A stretch of 62,291 bases of DNA, filler included, from Myxococcota bacterium (GCA_023150835.1; 2 parts of 2 records of this genome joined end to end with filler, not necessarily neighbours in it); one strand, 5' to 3'. Positions 1-9,926 are shown, counted from the first letter of the whole stretch. Notes: a model not told the origin generated them from the letters alone. A program made the numbers and translations.

Positions 1-160
1 GTTGATCTGTTGATCTCTTTGGCGAATTGTCCGATGGTATATCTTTTCTCTGTCATCTGCTCTCTCGATCACATAAAAATCCTCAACTGTGATCAACTCT
101 CATCACTTGTGATCAAAAAAGCAAGACCTAGAGTAAGCTCTTCTCTTGCACAGATGAACC

Positions 161-290
161 GTCGACAAAAAAACCCCGTGTCGTGCCCCTCCAAGCGATG
201 CAGTCGTTGATTTGAAAAACGGCGCTGTCTTCGCCAACATGGGGGTCAAGGGGCGTAAGTCCCTTGCGGGGCGTGGGGCAGAGCCCCACA
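161..290 (+). repeat. Intergenic element family B, copy 1 (~130 bp, ends in TGGGG-N6-CCCCAC hairpin)
   Basis: Shares blocks AAAAAACCCCGTG, CAAGCG, TTGAAAA, CGCCAACATGGGG, GTCAAGGGG and the terminal hairpin with 27951-28082, 31187-31320 (minus) and 61957-62092. Confidence 0.8.
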
Positions 291-313
291 AACACTATCC
301 GACTGCACAACCC

Positions 314-994
314 CTATTTCAAAAAGACCGTGTAGATATGACGGAAGTTATCCATCTCGGCCCCTTTGCGCGTGTAATCCAGCTTCTTGTCATCTTTGAT
401 CTTGACTTGGCCTCCGTCGATCTGGCCGGGATAGATCTTGAGGTTGAGATCGCCAGCTTCGCGTGCGTTCATCTTCGAGGCTTCAAGGACGATCTCGTTG
501 GAGCCTTTTTTCAAAAAGGGCGTGATATCCGCGACATCTTGTTCGACATTCAGCGGGATATTGCGTGCAAGACGCCCGTTGATCCGAAGTTTCACGGCAT
601 ATCCGCTTGCGCGTGCGCTGGTGCGCTGGATCAACAGCACATATTTCTCGGCGGGGGCTTCTCCGACCGCATACCGAGAAGGGATCGTCACTTTGCCGCT
701 TGAAGACGGCGTGGGTTCGGTCGTGGTCGGCGTTGGATCAGGCGTATTCATCGCCGGGTCGGGCGTCCGTAGGCTTGGCGGAGTCGGGCTGGCGGGGCCT
801 TGGATCTTGACTTGGTATTGTTTCCCGTAGATGTACACGTTGCCCATCGCATCGATCTTAACGGAAACATTCGCAAAATTCTGATTGCGCACAGAGTTGA
901 TCGGTACATCGTTCAAATACACGCGGCGTGCTTCCGCTTGTTTGGGCAACACAAGCCCCAACAATCCGAACAAGACAAAGATTCTGATAGACAT
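314..994 (-). CDS. Secreted hypothetical protein with Pro/Thr-rich linker
   Basis: ATG at 994 preceded by AAAAGGAG; hydrophobic signal peptide ending AEA; two non-repetitive regions joined by a PSLRTPDPAMNTPDPTPTTTEP linker. Confidence 0.75.
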   Translation of the reverse strand: MSIRIFVLFGLLGLVLPKQAEARRVYLNDVPINSVRNQNFANVSVKIDAMGNVYIYGKQYQVKIQGPASPTPPSLRTPDPAMNTPDPTPTTTEPTPSSSGKVTIPSRYAVGEAPAEKYVLLIQRTSARASGYAVKLRINGRLARNIPLNVEQDVADITPFLKKGSNEIVLEASKMNAREAGDLNLKIYPGQIDGGQVKIKDDKKLDYTRKGAEMDNFRHIYTVFLK

Positions 995-1074
995 CCCGCT
1001 CTCCTTTTTTGTTGTGTTGGCAGCATCTTCACGAAGCGGAGTGTAGCCAACAAAACAAACAGGCGTCAAGCTTC

Positions 1075-2799
1075 TCACATCACACGGATCTGTTTGATCA
1101 TCACTTCGATCGAGCGTCGGCCTTGAAAATCGTTGATCTGTGGTCTGTAGGCGATCGCGATACGCTTGGCAGGGGGGAGCGGACTTTGATTGAAGGCGAT
1201 CCCATCGCGGGGTTGTTTTCGCCCGCGCACCGACAGTTTGAGATGCTGTTGTTTGACGATGCGCTGGCTTACGATCGCCAGATCACGCGCCACAAAGACG
1301 GGAGCGGGGTTCCCCATCCCAAAAGGCTCCAAGCGTTCGAGTGCATCAAGCAGCCCTTGGTTTAGATCGCCCGGGTCCATCTCGATATCGTACTCAAGGC
1401 GTGGCTGGAGATCTTCGGGGGTCAGGGCGGCGCGGGCTTGAGCGGTAAAGGCTTCTCGAAACGCCCCAAGCTGCTCGGTTTTGATCGAAAGGCCGGCTGC
1501 CGCAGCGTGTCCACCGCATTTGATCAACAGCGGCTCACAAGCTTTCAAGGCATTGTACAGATGGAAGCCGGAGATGCTGCGTGCCGAGCCTTTGCCTTCG
1601 CTGCCATTCAAGGCGATCACCACAACAGGCCGATGATAGGCGTCAACCAACCGTGACGCCACGATCCCGATCACCCCGGGATGCCATTGTTCGTGGCCCA
1701 ACACGATCGCGTACTCCGAAAGCAGATCGGGTGATTTTTCCAGAAGATCTCGTGCTTGGTTTTGGATCTCTCGTTCGGTCTGTTGGCGTTCTTGGTTTTC
1801 GCGGTTGAGGACTTCCGCCAAAGACCGCGCTCGATGAAAGTCTTGGGTCGTCAACAACTCCACCCCTGCGCTCGCATCGCTCATCCGCCCTGCTGCGTTC
1901 ACTCGCGGCCCGATCTTAAACCCCAGATCGTACGCTTCGACCTTTTCTTTCGCCCCGGCCACTTCCATCAAAGCCCGCAGACCCAGCCACTCGGTGCGCT
2001 GCATCTGATGAAGTCCCTTGTTCACCAACAAGCGATTCACGCCGCGCAAAGGGACGATATCGGCCACCGTACCCAAAGCCACCAGATCGAGATAGCGATT
2101 GAGCTTCGGTTCTGCCCGACGCTTCGCCGTAAAGAAGCCGCGTTCGCGCAGAAAAGAGCGCAGTCCGATCATCAACTGAAACGTCACACCCACCGCAGCA
2201 AGGATCTTTTCAGGATACGGGCATCGCGGTTGATGGGGGTTCAAGATTGTGTTCGCTTCGGGAAGATCGGGCGGCGCTTGATGGTGATCGATGATGATCA
2301 CGTCCATCCCCATCTGCCGCAACTCGCCGACCTCTTCACGGCTCGATATCCCGCAGTCCACCGTCACCAGCAGATCACACCCCAACGCCACGATCTCAGG
2401 AAAACAGGCTTTTTGCAGGCCGTAGCCATGCGTCACGCGATGCGGAATAAAGAAGTGCAGTCGATCGCTTTGAACACCCAACTCCAACAAAAACAGATAC
2501 AACGTCGACGTCGACGTCACCCCATCCACATCATAATCCCCGTAGATCACGATGCGTTCGTTACGTTCCAACGCCAACGTGATCCGCTCACAAGCCTCCT
2601 TCATCCCCAGCATCTGCTCGGGCTTGGGCATGTGATCCCACGCGGGCGATAAAAAACGCTCGGCTTCTTCGGTCGTATGGATATCACGCAACACCAATAG
2701 CCGCGCAACCGTCGGATCGATCCTCAGTTCTTCTTCCAGTCGCCGACAGATCGCAGGATCCACCGCTCGACGCTCTCGCCATATCGTCGCATTCATCAC
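1075..2799 (-). CDS. recJ: Single-stranded-DNA-specific exonuclease RecJ
   Basis: DHH-family motifs GDYDVDG, TVDCG, IDHH, LGTVAD, PRVNAAGR, GSARS, GGHAAAAG, LEPFGMGN; lies downstream of secDF. Confidence 0.97.
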   Translation of the reverse strand: MMNATIWRERRAVDPAICRRLEEELRIDPTVARLLVLRDIHTTEEAERFLSPAWDHMPKPEQMLGMKEACERITLALERNERIVIYGDYDVDGVTSTSTLYLFLLELGVQSDRLHFFIPHRVTHGYGLQKACFPEIVALGCDLLVTVDCGISSREEVGELRQMGMDVIIIDHHQAPPDLPEANTILNPHQPRCPYPEKILAAVGVTFQLMIGLRSFLRERGFFTAKRRAEPKLNRYLDLVALGTVADIVPLRGVNRLLVNKGLHQMQRTEWLGLRALMEVAGAKEKVEAYDLGFKIGPRVNAAGRMSDASAGVELLTTQDFHRARSLAEVLNRENQERQQTEREIQNQARDLLEKSPDLLSEYAIVLGHEQWHPGVIGIVASRLVDAYHRPVVVIALNGSEGKGSARSISGFHLYNALKACEPLLIKCGGHAAAAGLSIKTEQLGAFREAFTAQARAALTPEDLQPRLEYDIEMDPGDLNQGLLDALERLEPFGMGNPAPVFVARDLAIVSQRIVKQQHLKLSVRGRKQPRDGIAFNQSPLPPAKRIAIAYRPQINDFQGRRSIEVMIKQIRVM

Positions 2800-2873
2800 A
2801 AAACTTCTTTCTGGCCCAACGCAAACCGCCCAACCTAGGCCATCTCCGCGTATGTTGCCTGCACAAAGATCGT

Positions 2874-2966
2874 GTCATACGAAATCTGCCCACAGTGTGA
2901 TCGACCTCTGTAGGGGCAGCCCCCTGTGGCTGCCCGACAATAGGGCGTGCGAATCGCACCTATCGT
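2874..2966 (+). repeat. Intergenic element family A, copy 1 (right end degenerate)
   Basis: GTCATACGAAATC left end plus REP-like hairpin GTAGGGGCAGCC-CCCTGT-GGCTGCCC at 2910-2935. Confidence 0.75.
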
Positions 2967-3109
2967 CTCGCTTCAAGGACTAGGCAAACAAGACGTCACA
3001 TCAAGTCGATCAATGACTTCGGCCTCGCAAAAGAAAACACAGACGGGGGAGGATGAAACAACACAGGGGGGAGGGAAAGCTCGGAAGGATCGAGGGATTC
3101 CAGCAAGGA

Positions 3110-4525
3110 TCAGGTGGTCACACCTTTTCGACGCAAGCGGCGGGTTTCGCGCTTTTCGATCGCGTCTTGTTCCGCTGCGCGCTCGCCTTGCGTGAAATAA
3201 TTGTCGAAGAAGTACACCAACGGACTGGCGATCGCGATCGACGAATATGTACCGATCAAGATCCCAAACATCATCGCAAACGAGAACCAACGGATGTTCG
3301 AGCCACCGTACAGATAGATCGGCGTCACCGCAATAAACGTCGTCAACGACGTCAACAGCGTGCGGCTCAGCGTCTCGTTAATCGAGCGGTTCATCACTTC
3401 GCCAAAGTCCACACGCGACTTTTGCCAGTTTTCACGGATACGGTCGTACACAACGATGGTGTCGTTTAGTGAGTATCCGACGATCGTCAACAACGCCGCG
3501 ATGATGCTGAGATCAAAGGGCAGAGACAACACGCTGAACAATCCGACGGTGATCACAACGTCGTGAACCAACGCAAGCACCGCACCCGGCGCATAACGGA
3601 AGTCAAAACGGATCGCGATGTAGATCAAAATGAAAAACATGGACAACACGATCGCCAAAATACCTTGGTCTCGCAGTTGGCGGCCGACACGCGGCCCAAC
3701 CGATTCGACGCGCTCGATCTTGTAAGTGTTCTTCCCATACAACGAGATCAACACTTTTTCCAATTCCCCACTCAACCCCGAAAACGACATCGTATACTCG
3801 AACCCTTCGACTTTTCCGCCCGAAGGCTCGCCGATCTCGACTTGACCAAGACCCAGAGAACGAAACACTTCGCGGATGCGCTCGCCTTCATCCGCGATCT
3901 TCGTGACGTCCAATTTCGGGGGAGTTTTCTTCGCGTGAGCTGCCGTCGTGGTTTGGGTTGCTGCAACAGTCGCAGGCTTCGAGGTTGGGGACTTCTCGCC
4001 CTTCTTTGCTGCCAGCTTCAACGGGCGATTGAAACGCACTTCCACGCGATCGCCGCCTTCTTCGCGGAAACGAAACGAGCGGATCGTGAGTTGTTCATCG
4101 CCTTTCAGTTTGGCCTTGTCTGCAAACGCCGCATAAAAGGCGTCTTTCAGCTTGTCTACGTCGTCCTTCTCGCCCGCTTTTTTGTCGGCTTTTTGCTTCA
4201 GTACGGAGACGCTTCCGAACTTAAACAAAAACTCCCGACCATCCGCACCAAAGCTTTGGATCTCTTTACCAACGTCGGGCATCGCCTTGTCAAAGTCCGC
4301 CAAGATCTGGCCCTGTTGGAGCTTTGCCGCTGGCACTTTGTTGTCAAAACGCACTTGGATCTCGGTACCACCTGAAAAGTCGATACCAAAGTTGAGGCCC
4401 CGCGTAAACACCAGCACAAGGCTCGCAACAAACAAAATGCCGGAAAACACCAGAAACTTTCGGCGCATGCCGATAAAGTCATAATTGACGTCCGGCGAAA
4501 CGACTTGAAAAAATTTTCTTTCCAT
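3110..4525 (-). CDS. secF: Protein translocase subunit SecF (enlarged periplasmic region)
   Basis: GLNFGIDFSGG, VGPRVG, LVHDV, IVGYSLNDTIVVYDRIRE, TLSRT, GTYSS motifs; directly downstream of secD. Confidence 0.97.
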   Translation of the reverse strand: MERKFFQVVSPDVNYDFIGMRRKFLVFSGILFVASLVLVFTRGLNFGIDFSGGTEIQVRFDNKVPAAKLQQGQILADFDKAMPDVGKEIQSFGADGREFLFKFGSVSVLKQKADKKAGEKDDVDKLKDAFYAAFADKAKLKGDEQLTIRSFRFREEGGDRVEVRFNRPLKLAAKKGEKSPTSKPATVAATQTTTAAHAKKTPPKLDVTKIADEGERIREVFRSLGLGQVEIGEPSGGKVEGFEYTMSFSGLSGELEKVLISLYGKNTYKIERVESVGPRVGRQLRDQGILAIVLSMFFILIYIAIRFDFRYAPGAVLALVHDVVITVGLFSVLSLPFDLSIIAALLTIVGYSLNDTIVVYDRIRENWQKSRVDFGEVMNRSINETLSRTLLTSLTTFIAVTPIYLYGGSNIRWFSFAMMFGILIGTYSSIAIASPLVYFFDNYFTQGERAAEQDAIEKRETRRLRRKGVTT

Positions 4526-4543
4526 AATTCAGGCTCCGGTCCG

Positions 4544-6670
4544 TCAGATGCTCAAGGTTTGGGTGGTTTTGTAATGGAGGATGATATCGTACATGAGACG
4601 AGTCACCACAATCGCCGTAAAGACCGAACACAAGATACCGATCAACATCGTCACCGCGAATCCACGAATCGGTCCTGAACCGTATTGGTACAACACAATC
4701 CCTGCAATCGCCGTTGTAATGTTCGCGTCCAGAATCGTCGCAAACGCTTTCTCATAGCCGGTTTGCAACGCTACACGCACCGTCTTTCCAGACGTCAGTT
4801 CTTCTCGCACGCGCTCAAAGATCAAGATGTTTGCGTCCACCGCCATACCGATCGTCAACAAGATCCCCGCAAGCCCGGGCAGTGTCAACGTCGCTCCAAA
4901 ACTCGCCATCAGCGACATCACGAAGAAGATGTTTAACACCAACGCAAGGTTGGCGTTCATTCCCGAACCTCGGTAATACACCAACATAAACAGCACCACC
5001 AACAACAAGCCGATCCCCAACGACACCACTCCGCGATAAATCGAGTCCGCTCCAAGTGCCGGTCCCACAGTCTTTTCATACAAAACCTCGACGGGCGCTG
5101 GCAACGAACCCGACTTCAATACAAATGACAGGTCTTTGGCATCTTGCAGCGCTTCTTCGTAGCCTTTGAGACCGCCAAGCGTGATCCGCGCACGGCCCCC
5201 ACCGATCTTCGTTTGAATCACAGGCGCTGAGTCGACTTTTTCTTCCAACACGATCGCAAAACGGCGGCCCACATACTGCCCTGTCATCCGCTCGAACAGA
5301 TCCGCGCCTCGGCGGTTAAAGGTCAAGCCGACTTCCGGACGGTTCATCTCTGGATCGATCTGGGGACGGGCTTCTTCGAGATCGTTCCCTGTCAACGATG
5401 ATTTCCGATACAACAGATACGTCCGTGTGGGGCGCTCGCCCTTGTCGCGATTTTCGATCTCGTACTCACCCACAAACACCTGATACTTCGGGTATTGGCG
5501 CAGCAGCTTCAAGTTCCATTGCTTCACCCAATCCCGCAACTGGGTTTTGTTGTCGCTCCAAAAGTATCGATCCGTTCCCGGCATCTGGCCTTGAGGACGC
5601 GAATACGACGACACTTCCGACTTGATCTCGCTTGGAAGCCCACCGCGCATCAGGTCATAAATCTTCTGGCTATCGCCTTCGTCTTCGACCACATGAAAAG
5701 CCAACAGCGCGGTCTTTCCGATCAGCTCTTTCGCTCGACGGGGATCTTTCAAACCGGGAAGCTGGATCGTAATCCCCACTTCACCGCGCTTCGAGATCGA
5801 CGGCTCCGAAACACCGAGCGCGTCTACGCGACCACGAATCGTCTCGATCGCTTGCGAAACCGCCGACTCACGCGCCTTTTGGATGTAGTCGTCCGAGTAC
5901 GCCACCCGCAGTACCTCAGGTTTTGCCGTCGTCGTCGTCCGCAGATAATCCCACATCTTCTCCACTTCGTTTCGGAAAGTCGTCACATCTTTGGCGTTGT
6001 TCAACGTCACTTCGATGTATGTGGTCGACGGATCATGGAACACTTGGCGTGCGTCCTTGATCAGTTTTTTGCCTTTGAGGAATTCGGTCAAGTCATCCGC
6101 AAGACGAATCGCTTTGTTGATGATCGCCTTCTTCACATCCACACCCAACTCCAAGTGCGTTCCGCCTTGAAGGTCCAACCCAAGCCGAAGCTGGCGCTTG
6201 TATGGGAACAATGTCTTGTACAATCCGGGAAGATAGCATCGCTCCCACACCGCGTCCGTCAACCCTGCGTGAGTCGTCTGCACCTTGCCTTTGTCGTCCA
6301 ACACAGGCTTGTTTTCTGCGTCCAACACAGGCACTTCCACATACAACAGCTTTCCGCCCTTGTCCCGCTCTGGAACACACAGGCCTTCTTTGTCTCGCGC
6401 AAAGACAGGGATTGGCTGTCCGTTTTCATCGCGGATCTGCTCGCCTTTCTTCTTCCCTCCTTTGTGCATCTCGTACAGGATGACAGCCTTCCCGTCTTTG
6501 TCTTTCTCGATTTTTCCGTCGTCGTCTTTTTTGAACTCGACTTGAAAACGAAGTAGTTTGCCCCCCGCAAAGCTCTCTTTGCGAAAGACAAACGTTGGAA
6601 CAAGCGCTCGGATCGCCAACAATACCAAAAAGGTGACGAAACCGAATCGAAACCACCAGTTGCTACCCAC
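4544..6670 (-). CDS. secD: Protein translocase subunit SecD (with N-terminal periplasmic insertion)
   Basis: LRLGLDLQGG, RVDALGVSEP, TLTLPGLAG, IGMAVDANILIFERVREE, ILDANITT, GPIRGFAVT. GTG at 6670 with GAGG just upstream is preferred over the ORF start at 6733. Confidence 0.97.
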   Translation of the reverse strand: MGSNWWFRFGFVTFLVLLAIRALVPTFVFRKESFAGGKLLRFQVEFKKDDDGKIEKDKDGKAVILYEMHKGGKKKGEQIRDENGQPIPVFARDKEGLCVPERDKGGKLLYVEVPVLDAENKPVLDDKGKVQTTHAGLTDAVWERCYLPGLYKTLFPYKRQLRLGLDLQGGTHLELGVDVKKAIINKAIRLADDLTEFLKGKKLIKDARQVFHDPSTTYIEVTLNNAKDVTTFRNEVEKMWDYLRTTTTAKPEVLRVAYSDDYIQKARESAVSQAIETIRGRVDALGVSEPSISKRGEVGITIQLPGLKDPRRAKELIGKTALLAFHVVEDEGDSQKIYDLMRGGLPSEIKSEVSSYSRPQGQMPGTDRYFWSDNKTQLRDWVKQWNLKLLRQYPKYQVFVGEYEIENRDKGERPTRTYLLYRKSSLTGNDLEEARPQIDPEMNRPEVGLTFNRRGADLFERMTGQYVGRRFAIVLEEKVDSAPVIQTKIGGGRARITLGGLKGYEEALQDAKDLSFVLKSGSLPAPVEVLYEKTVGPALGADSIYRGVVSLGIGLLLVVLFMLVYYRGSGMNANLALVLNIFFVMSLMASFGATLTLPGLAGILLTIGMAVDANILIFERVREELTSGKTVRVALQTGYEKAFATILDANITTAIAGIVLYQYGSGPIRGFAVTMLIGILCSVFTAIVVTRLMYDIILHYKTTQTLSI

Positions 6671-6773
6671 GACAGACCTCAAACAGTTTGGCTGAACCCG
6701 AAAGCCGACAACGCAACACGCGCAAACATCCACAGCACAACGCGCTCATCTTTCGGGTCGCAAGGTTAGTCTT

Positions 6774-7175
6774 TTATTTTTTCTTCTTTTTGAATGACTT
6801 GGAGGGAGAAGAATTCGCTTCTTCTGTGCTTTCTTCCTCGGCTGATTCGGTCTCTCCGACGGTACTCCGCTCGTTGCCGCGTGCGGTCAACACCACCACC
6901 GCGTTTCGCTGCATCGTCACTTTCACCTTCGGTGCGATCTCTACGATGATCGTATCCGGGGTCAAGGCGCTGATCTCCCCATGCACCCCGCTCGATGTGA
7001 TCACCTTGTCGCCCCGGCGAAGGTTGTTCAGCATATTCTTATGCTCGCTATCTCGTTTCCGCTGCGGGCGAATGATCATAAAATAGAACAACACAAAGAT
7101 CAGAACCAACGGAATAAATTGTACCAGCGGTGAGGCACCTGCTTGTTGCGCGATCCACCAAGAAAATCCGGTCAC
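6774..7175 (-). CDS. yajC: Preprotein translocase subunit YajC
   Basis: FYFMIIRPQRKR, GDKVITSSGVHG; upstream of secD; GTG at 7175 is well spaced from GAGGAG. Confidence 0.95.
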   Translation of the reverse strand: MTGFSWWIAQQAGASPLVQFIPLVLIFVLFYFMIIRPQRKRDSEHKNMLNNLRRGDKVITSSGVHGEISALTPDTIIVEIAPKVKVTMQRNAVVVLTARGNERSTVGETESAEEESTEEANSSPSKSFKKKKK

Positions 7176-7318
7176 TTCCAACTCCTCTCGTCTAGGGACT
7201 GCAATTCAAAGGACGGTACTACTACCAAAGTCTTTTCCAAAATGCAAGCCTACTCTTCTACCCCCAAAGCTTCGCTTCGGCGCACCTCTTTGAGACTGGT
7301 CTGGGGGGATACAAACGG

Positions 7319-7558
7319 ATACGAAATCCGCCCGTGTTATGGCCGTAACGGCGTCGGGGCAGCCCCCTGTCATACGAAATCCGCAGGGTGTGTGATCGTC
7401 AAAGCGTAGGGGCAGGCAGGTGTGGCTGCCCAAGAATCGGGCCTCTACGCACTCTCCTATGATCACACTTCATTCGGATATCGTATAACTACCCAACGAC
7501 AGGGCGTCCACAGCGGATCGCACTTCTCTTTCGATCACACTTCTCTCGGATATCGTTT
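7319..7558 (+). repeat. Family A element with a second family A copy (7369-7489) nested in its hairpin
   Basis: Two left ends ATACGAAATCCG (7319, 7372) followed by two right ends CGGATATCGT (7475, 7547); the inner copy interrupts the outer GGGGCAGCCCCCT hairpin. Confidence 0.8.
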
Positions 7559-7610
7559 TCAAGACAGGCGGAGAATCGGGCGGGAGAGAACACAGGAGCT
7601 AGGACTTGTT

Positions 7611-8222
7611 CTACTTTTCGCGGTTCATCGAAAACTCCACCAACTCCATCGTGTTGTAAACGAGACGGCTCTCTCCATCATCGCGGATCGCCACGTTTTT
7701 GATCAACCCAACACGCGGGGCGAAGATAAGTAGTGCCTCGATCGCTCCTTGTCCAGCACGTTGTTCTCGCGCCTTCACCACAAGGCAGTTTTTGTATTCC
7801 CCTGCCGGCACCTTCTCCGTCCGATCGATCTCGATGATCGTGTACCGCTCCACCGACGTAATGTTTGTCACACTCAACCACTGCGTACCCACCCGCAACG
7901 GATACTTCAACAAGTACCGCACGTTGTTGTTGCGCAGACCGTACGAGTCCACCACAAAGCTCTGCTGCAAGTTATCCACAAAGCTATCGCCCTCCCGCTT
8001 GACGATCCGTATCGAATGCTCGATCGGCTTCGAATTCAACGACGATATCCGATACGTCCAACGATTCCCCACCTGCAACGGATAATAATCTTCTAACTTC
8101 AACGTCAGCCCCTTCGCCTCCCCCGTGTTCTCGCTTGATTTGGTCGTCGCACACGAACTCATCCCCACCCACAACCACAACAACCCACCTAGCCACCCAC
8201 ACTTCTTGATCCTTGCCATCAT
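7611..8222 (-). CDS. Lipoprotein of unknown function (beta-rich)
   Basis: Basic N-terminus, hydrophobic stretch, lipobox-like MSSC; YYPLQVGNRWTY and VPAGEY...C motifs; AGGA upstream. Confidence 0.8.
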   Translation of the reverse strand: MMARIKKCGWLGGLLWLWVGMSSCATTKSSENTGEAKGLTLKLEDYYPLQVGNRWTYRISSLNSKPIEHSIRIVKREGDSFVDNLQQSFVVDSYGLRNNNVRYLLKYPLRVGTQWLSVTNITSVERYTIIEIDRTEKVPAGEYKNCLVVKAREQRAGQGAIEALLIFAPRVGLIKNVAIRDDGESRLVYNTMELVEFSMNREK

Positions 8223-8238
8223 GCTTTACTTCCTGCTT

Positions 8239-8310
8239 TGTGCTGTCTCGATGCACTTCTCAAGGCCCGCTTCTTGTGCTGTATCGAGGCACTTCTTAAG
8301 GCCCGCTTCT
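8239..8310. repeat. 36-bp tandem duplication (2 copies, 3 mismatches)
   Basis: TGTGCTGT(C/A)TCGA(T/G)GCACTTCT(C/T)AAGGCCCGCTTCT at 8239 and 8275. Confidence 0.85.
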
Positions 8311-8407
8311 CTGCCCACGATCACACCCTTCTCTTGGCCCACTTCTCTCTCGCTGCTCTGTTGTGCGTGACCCACTTCTCTCCCACCGCTCTACCACGCC
8401 CCTCACC

Positions 8408-9379
8408 TCACCGCAACGGCTCTCCCTTGCGAGAGATCGGTGACACCGCGATCTGCGGCCCTTCGGGCGATGTTCGCTTCATGCGCAACGCTTCGAATGC
8501 CTCTCGGGCGCTTTCCCGAATATGTCGATCTTGATGCGCGCTCGACAACATCGCAAGAAATCCCTCGGCATGCCTACCACCCAACACCGCCACCGCCGAC
8601 ACAAGGTGCTGCAAAAACACCGACGATGCTCGCGGGGCCAACCGTATCAACGGAACCACCGCTTCTTCCGCCTTCAATCTCACCAATCCACCCATCATCG
8701 CCAACAACTTCGTCTCCTCCGACCCCTCCAATTGCCCCACCAACAACGGGATCGCTCGCCGCTCCCCTCGCATCCCTAACAACATCGCCGCTTGCCGCTG
8801 CTCCAACGCGCTCCCTCGCACCAACAACTCCAACAGATGCGCATTACTCGCCCCATCCAACCGCGTAAAACTATCCAACGAACGCGCCCCCATCACCACC
8901 AACTCACGACTCCATCGACGGATCTTCCCCAGCGGCGGTGAAATCGAACTATCGTACAACGCGCTGCGTTCCTCCCGAAACAACAACTCCCGCTCCCTCT
9001 TGTCCAACGGTAACAGCTTCAACTTCATTACCAGATACATCCGTGACTTCGGCTCTTCCGCGATCCCGTTCTCGATATCGTGCGCAAACCGCAGATGCAG
9101 CGAAAAAATCCCCGCATAACGCCCTCTGCGCACCTTTTTCTCTTGCGTCCAACGGATCTTGTTGTTCCCCTTCAACCCGCCCCGAAATATCTTTTCCATT
9201 ACTGTCTGAGAGAGCCTCAACCGATCCAAAAACCGCCCTCCCGCATCATTCCACACCAACGGCGACACCACCTCCAACCCTTCTCTCTGCGCGCTTGGCG
9301 AGCGACACCCCCACAACAACAACACTCCCCACCCACACACCAACCACCCCTTCACCTTCCGCGCTCTCGTTTCCATCAC
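8408..9379 (-). CDS. Lipoprotein with C-terminal HEAT-like repeats
   Basis: Lipobox-like LLWGC; repeats AAMLLGMRGERRAIPLL, GLVRLKAEEAVVPLI, AVAVLGGRHA, IRESAREAF. Confidence 0.8.
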   Translation of the reverse strand: MMETRARKVKGWLVCGWGVLLLWGCRSPSAQREGLEVVSPLVWNDAGGRFLDRLRLSQTVMEKIFRGGLKGNNKIRWTQEKKVRRGRYAGIFSLHLRFAHDIENGIAEEPKSRMYLVMKLKLLPLDKRERELLFREERSALYDSSISPPLGKIRRWSRELVVMGARSLDSFTRLDGASNAHLLELLVRGSALEQRQAAMLLGMRGERRAIPLLVGQLEGSEETKLLAMMGGLVRLKAEEAVVPLIRLAPRASSVFLQHLVSAVAVLGGRHAEGFLAMLSSAHQDRHIRESAREAFEALRMKRTSPEGPQIAVSPISRKGEPLR

Positions 9380-9571
9380 ACACCCTCCAACGCGACAAGC
9401 CTATCTGCTTGGTATCCCTCACCATAGCGCGCCCATCCCTCCGAAACAAGCGCCCCTTTCTTTTGATGATGTGGGGGTCCACCCCATAGGCACCTTGTGA
9501 AGCCACATCTGGCCCCTCTTACATGGGTACAAAACGCGGGCATCACGCAGAGGATATCGAAAAGAAGAGTC

Positions 9572-9801
9572 CACGGAAAGCACGGAAAGCACCGAAAGCA
9601 CCGAAAGTACCGAAAGTACCGAAAGTACCGAAAGTACCGAAAGTACCGAAAGCACGGAAAGCACGGAAAGTACCGAAAGCACGGAAAGTACCGAAAGCAC
9701 GGAAAGCACGGAAAGCACGGAAAGCACGGAAAGCACGGAAAGCACGGAAAGCACGGAAAGCACGGAAAGCACGGAAAGCACGGAAAGTACCGAAAGCACG
9801 G
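9572..9801. repeat. 9-bp tandem array, 25 full copies of (C/T)AC(G/C)GAAAG
   Basis: Three variants CACGGAAAG, CACCGAAAG, TACCGAAAG read directly; no spacers. Confidence 0.97.
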
Positions 9802-9926
9802 CGACGGGGTTTCTCTGTGCGCTCAGACTTTCTGCTTTCTTTCCCCTCGCGGCAGTAGCGAGGCTTTGCGAGCGTCGCAGGGAGAGGGGTGTCGCGAAGC
9901 GACGGGGTGAGGGCGACGCAATCATA

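Noticed and set aside
1-120. Clustered TGATC/TGTGATCAA words as CRP or FNR sites
   Set aside because: No correctly spaced inverted pair, and the downstream context lies outside the window.
9497-9910. His/Lys-rich and Lys/Ala/Arg-rich (histone-like) ORFs across the 9-bp array
   Set aside because: Products of a stop-free repeat; array variants are non-synonymous in these frames and there is no convincing RBS.
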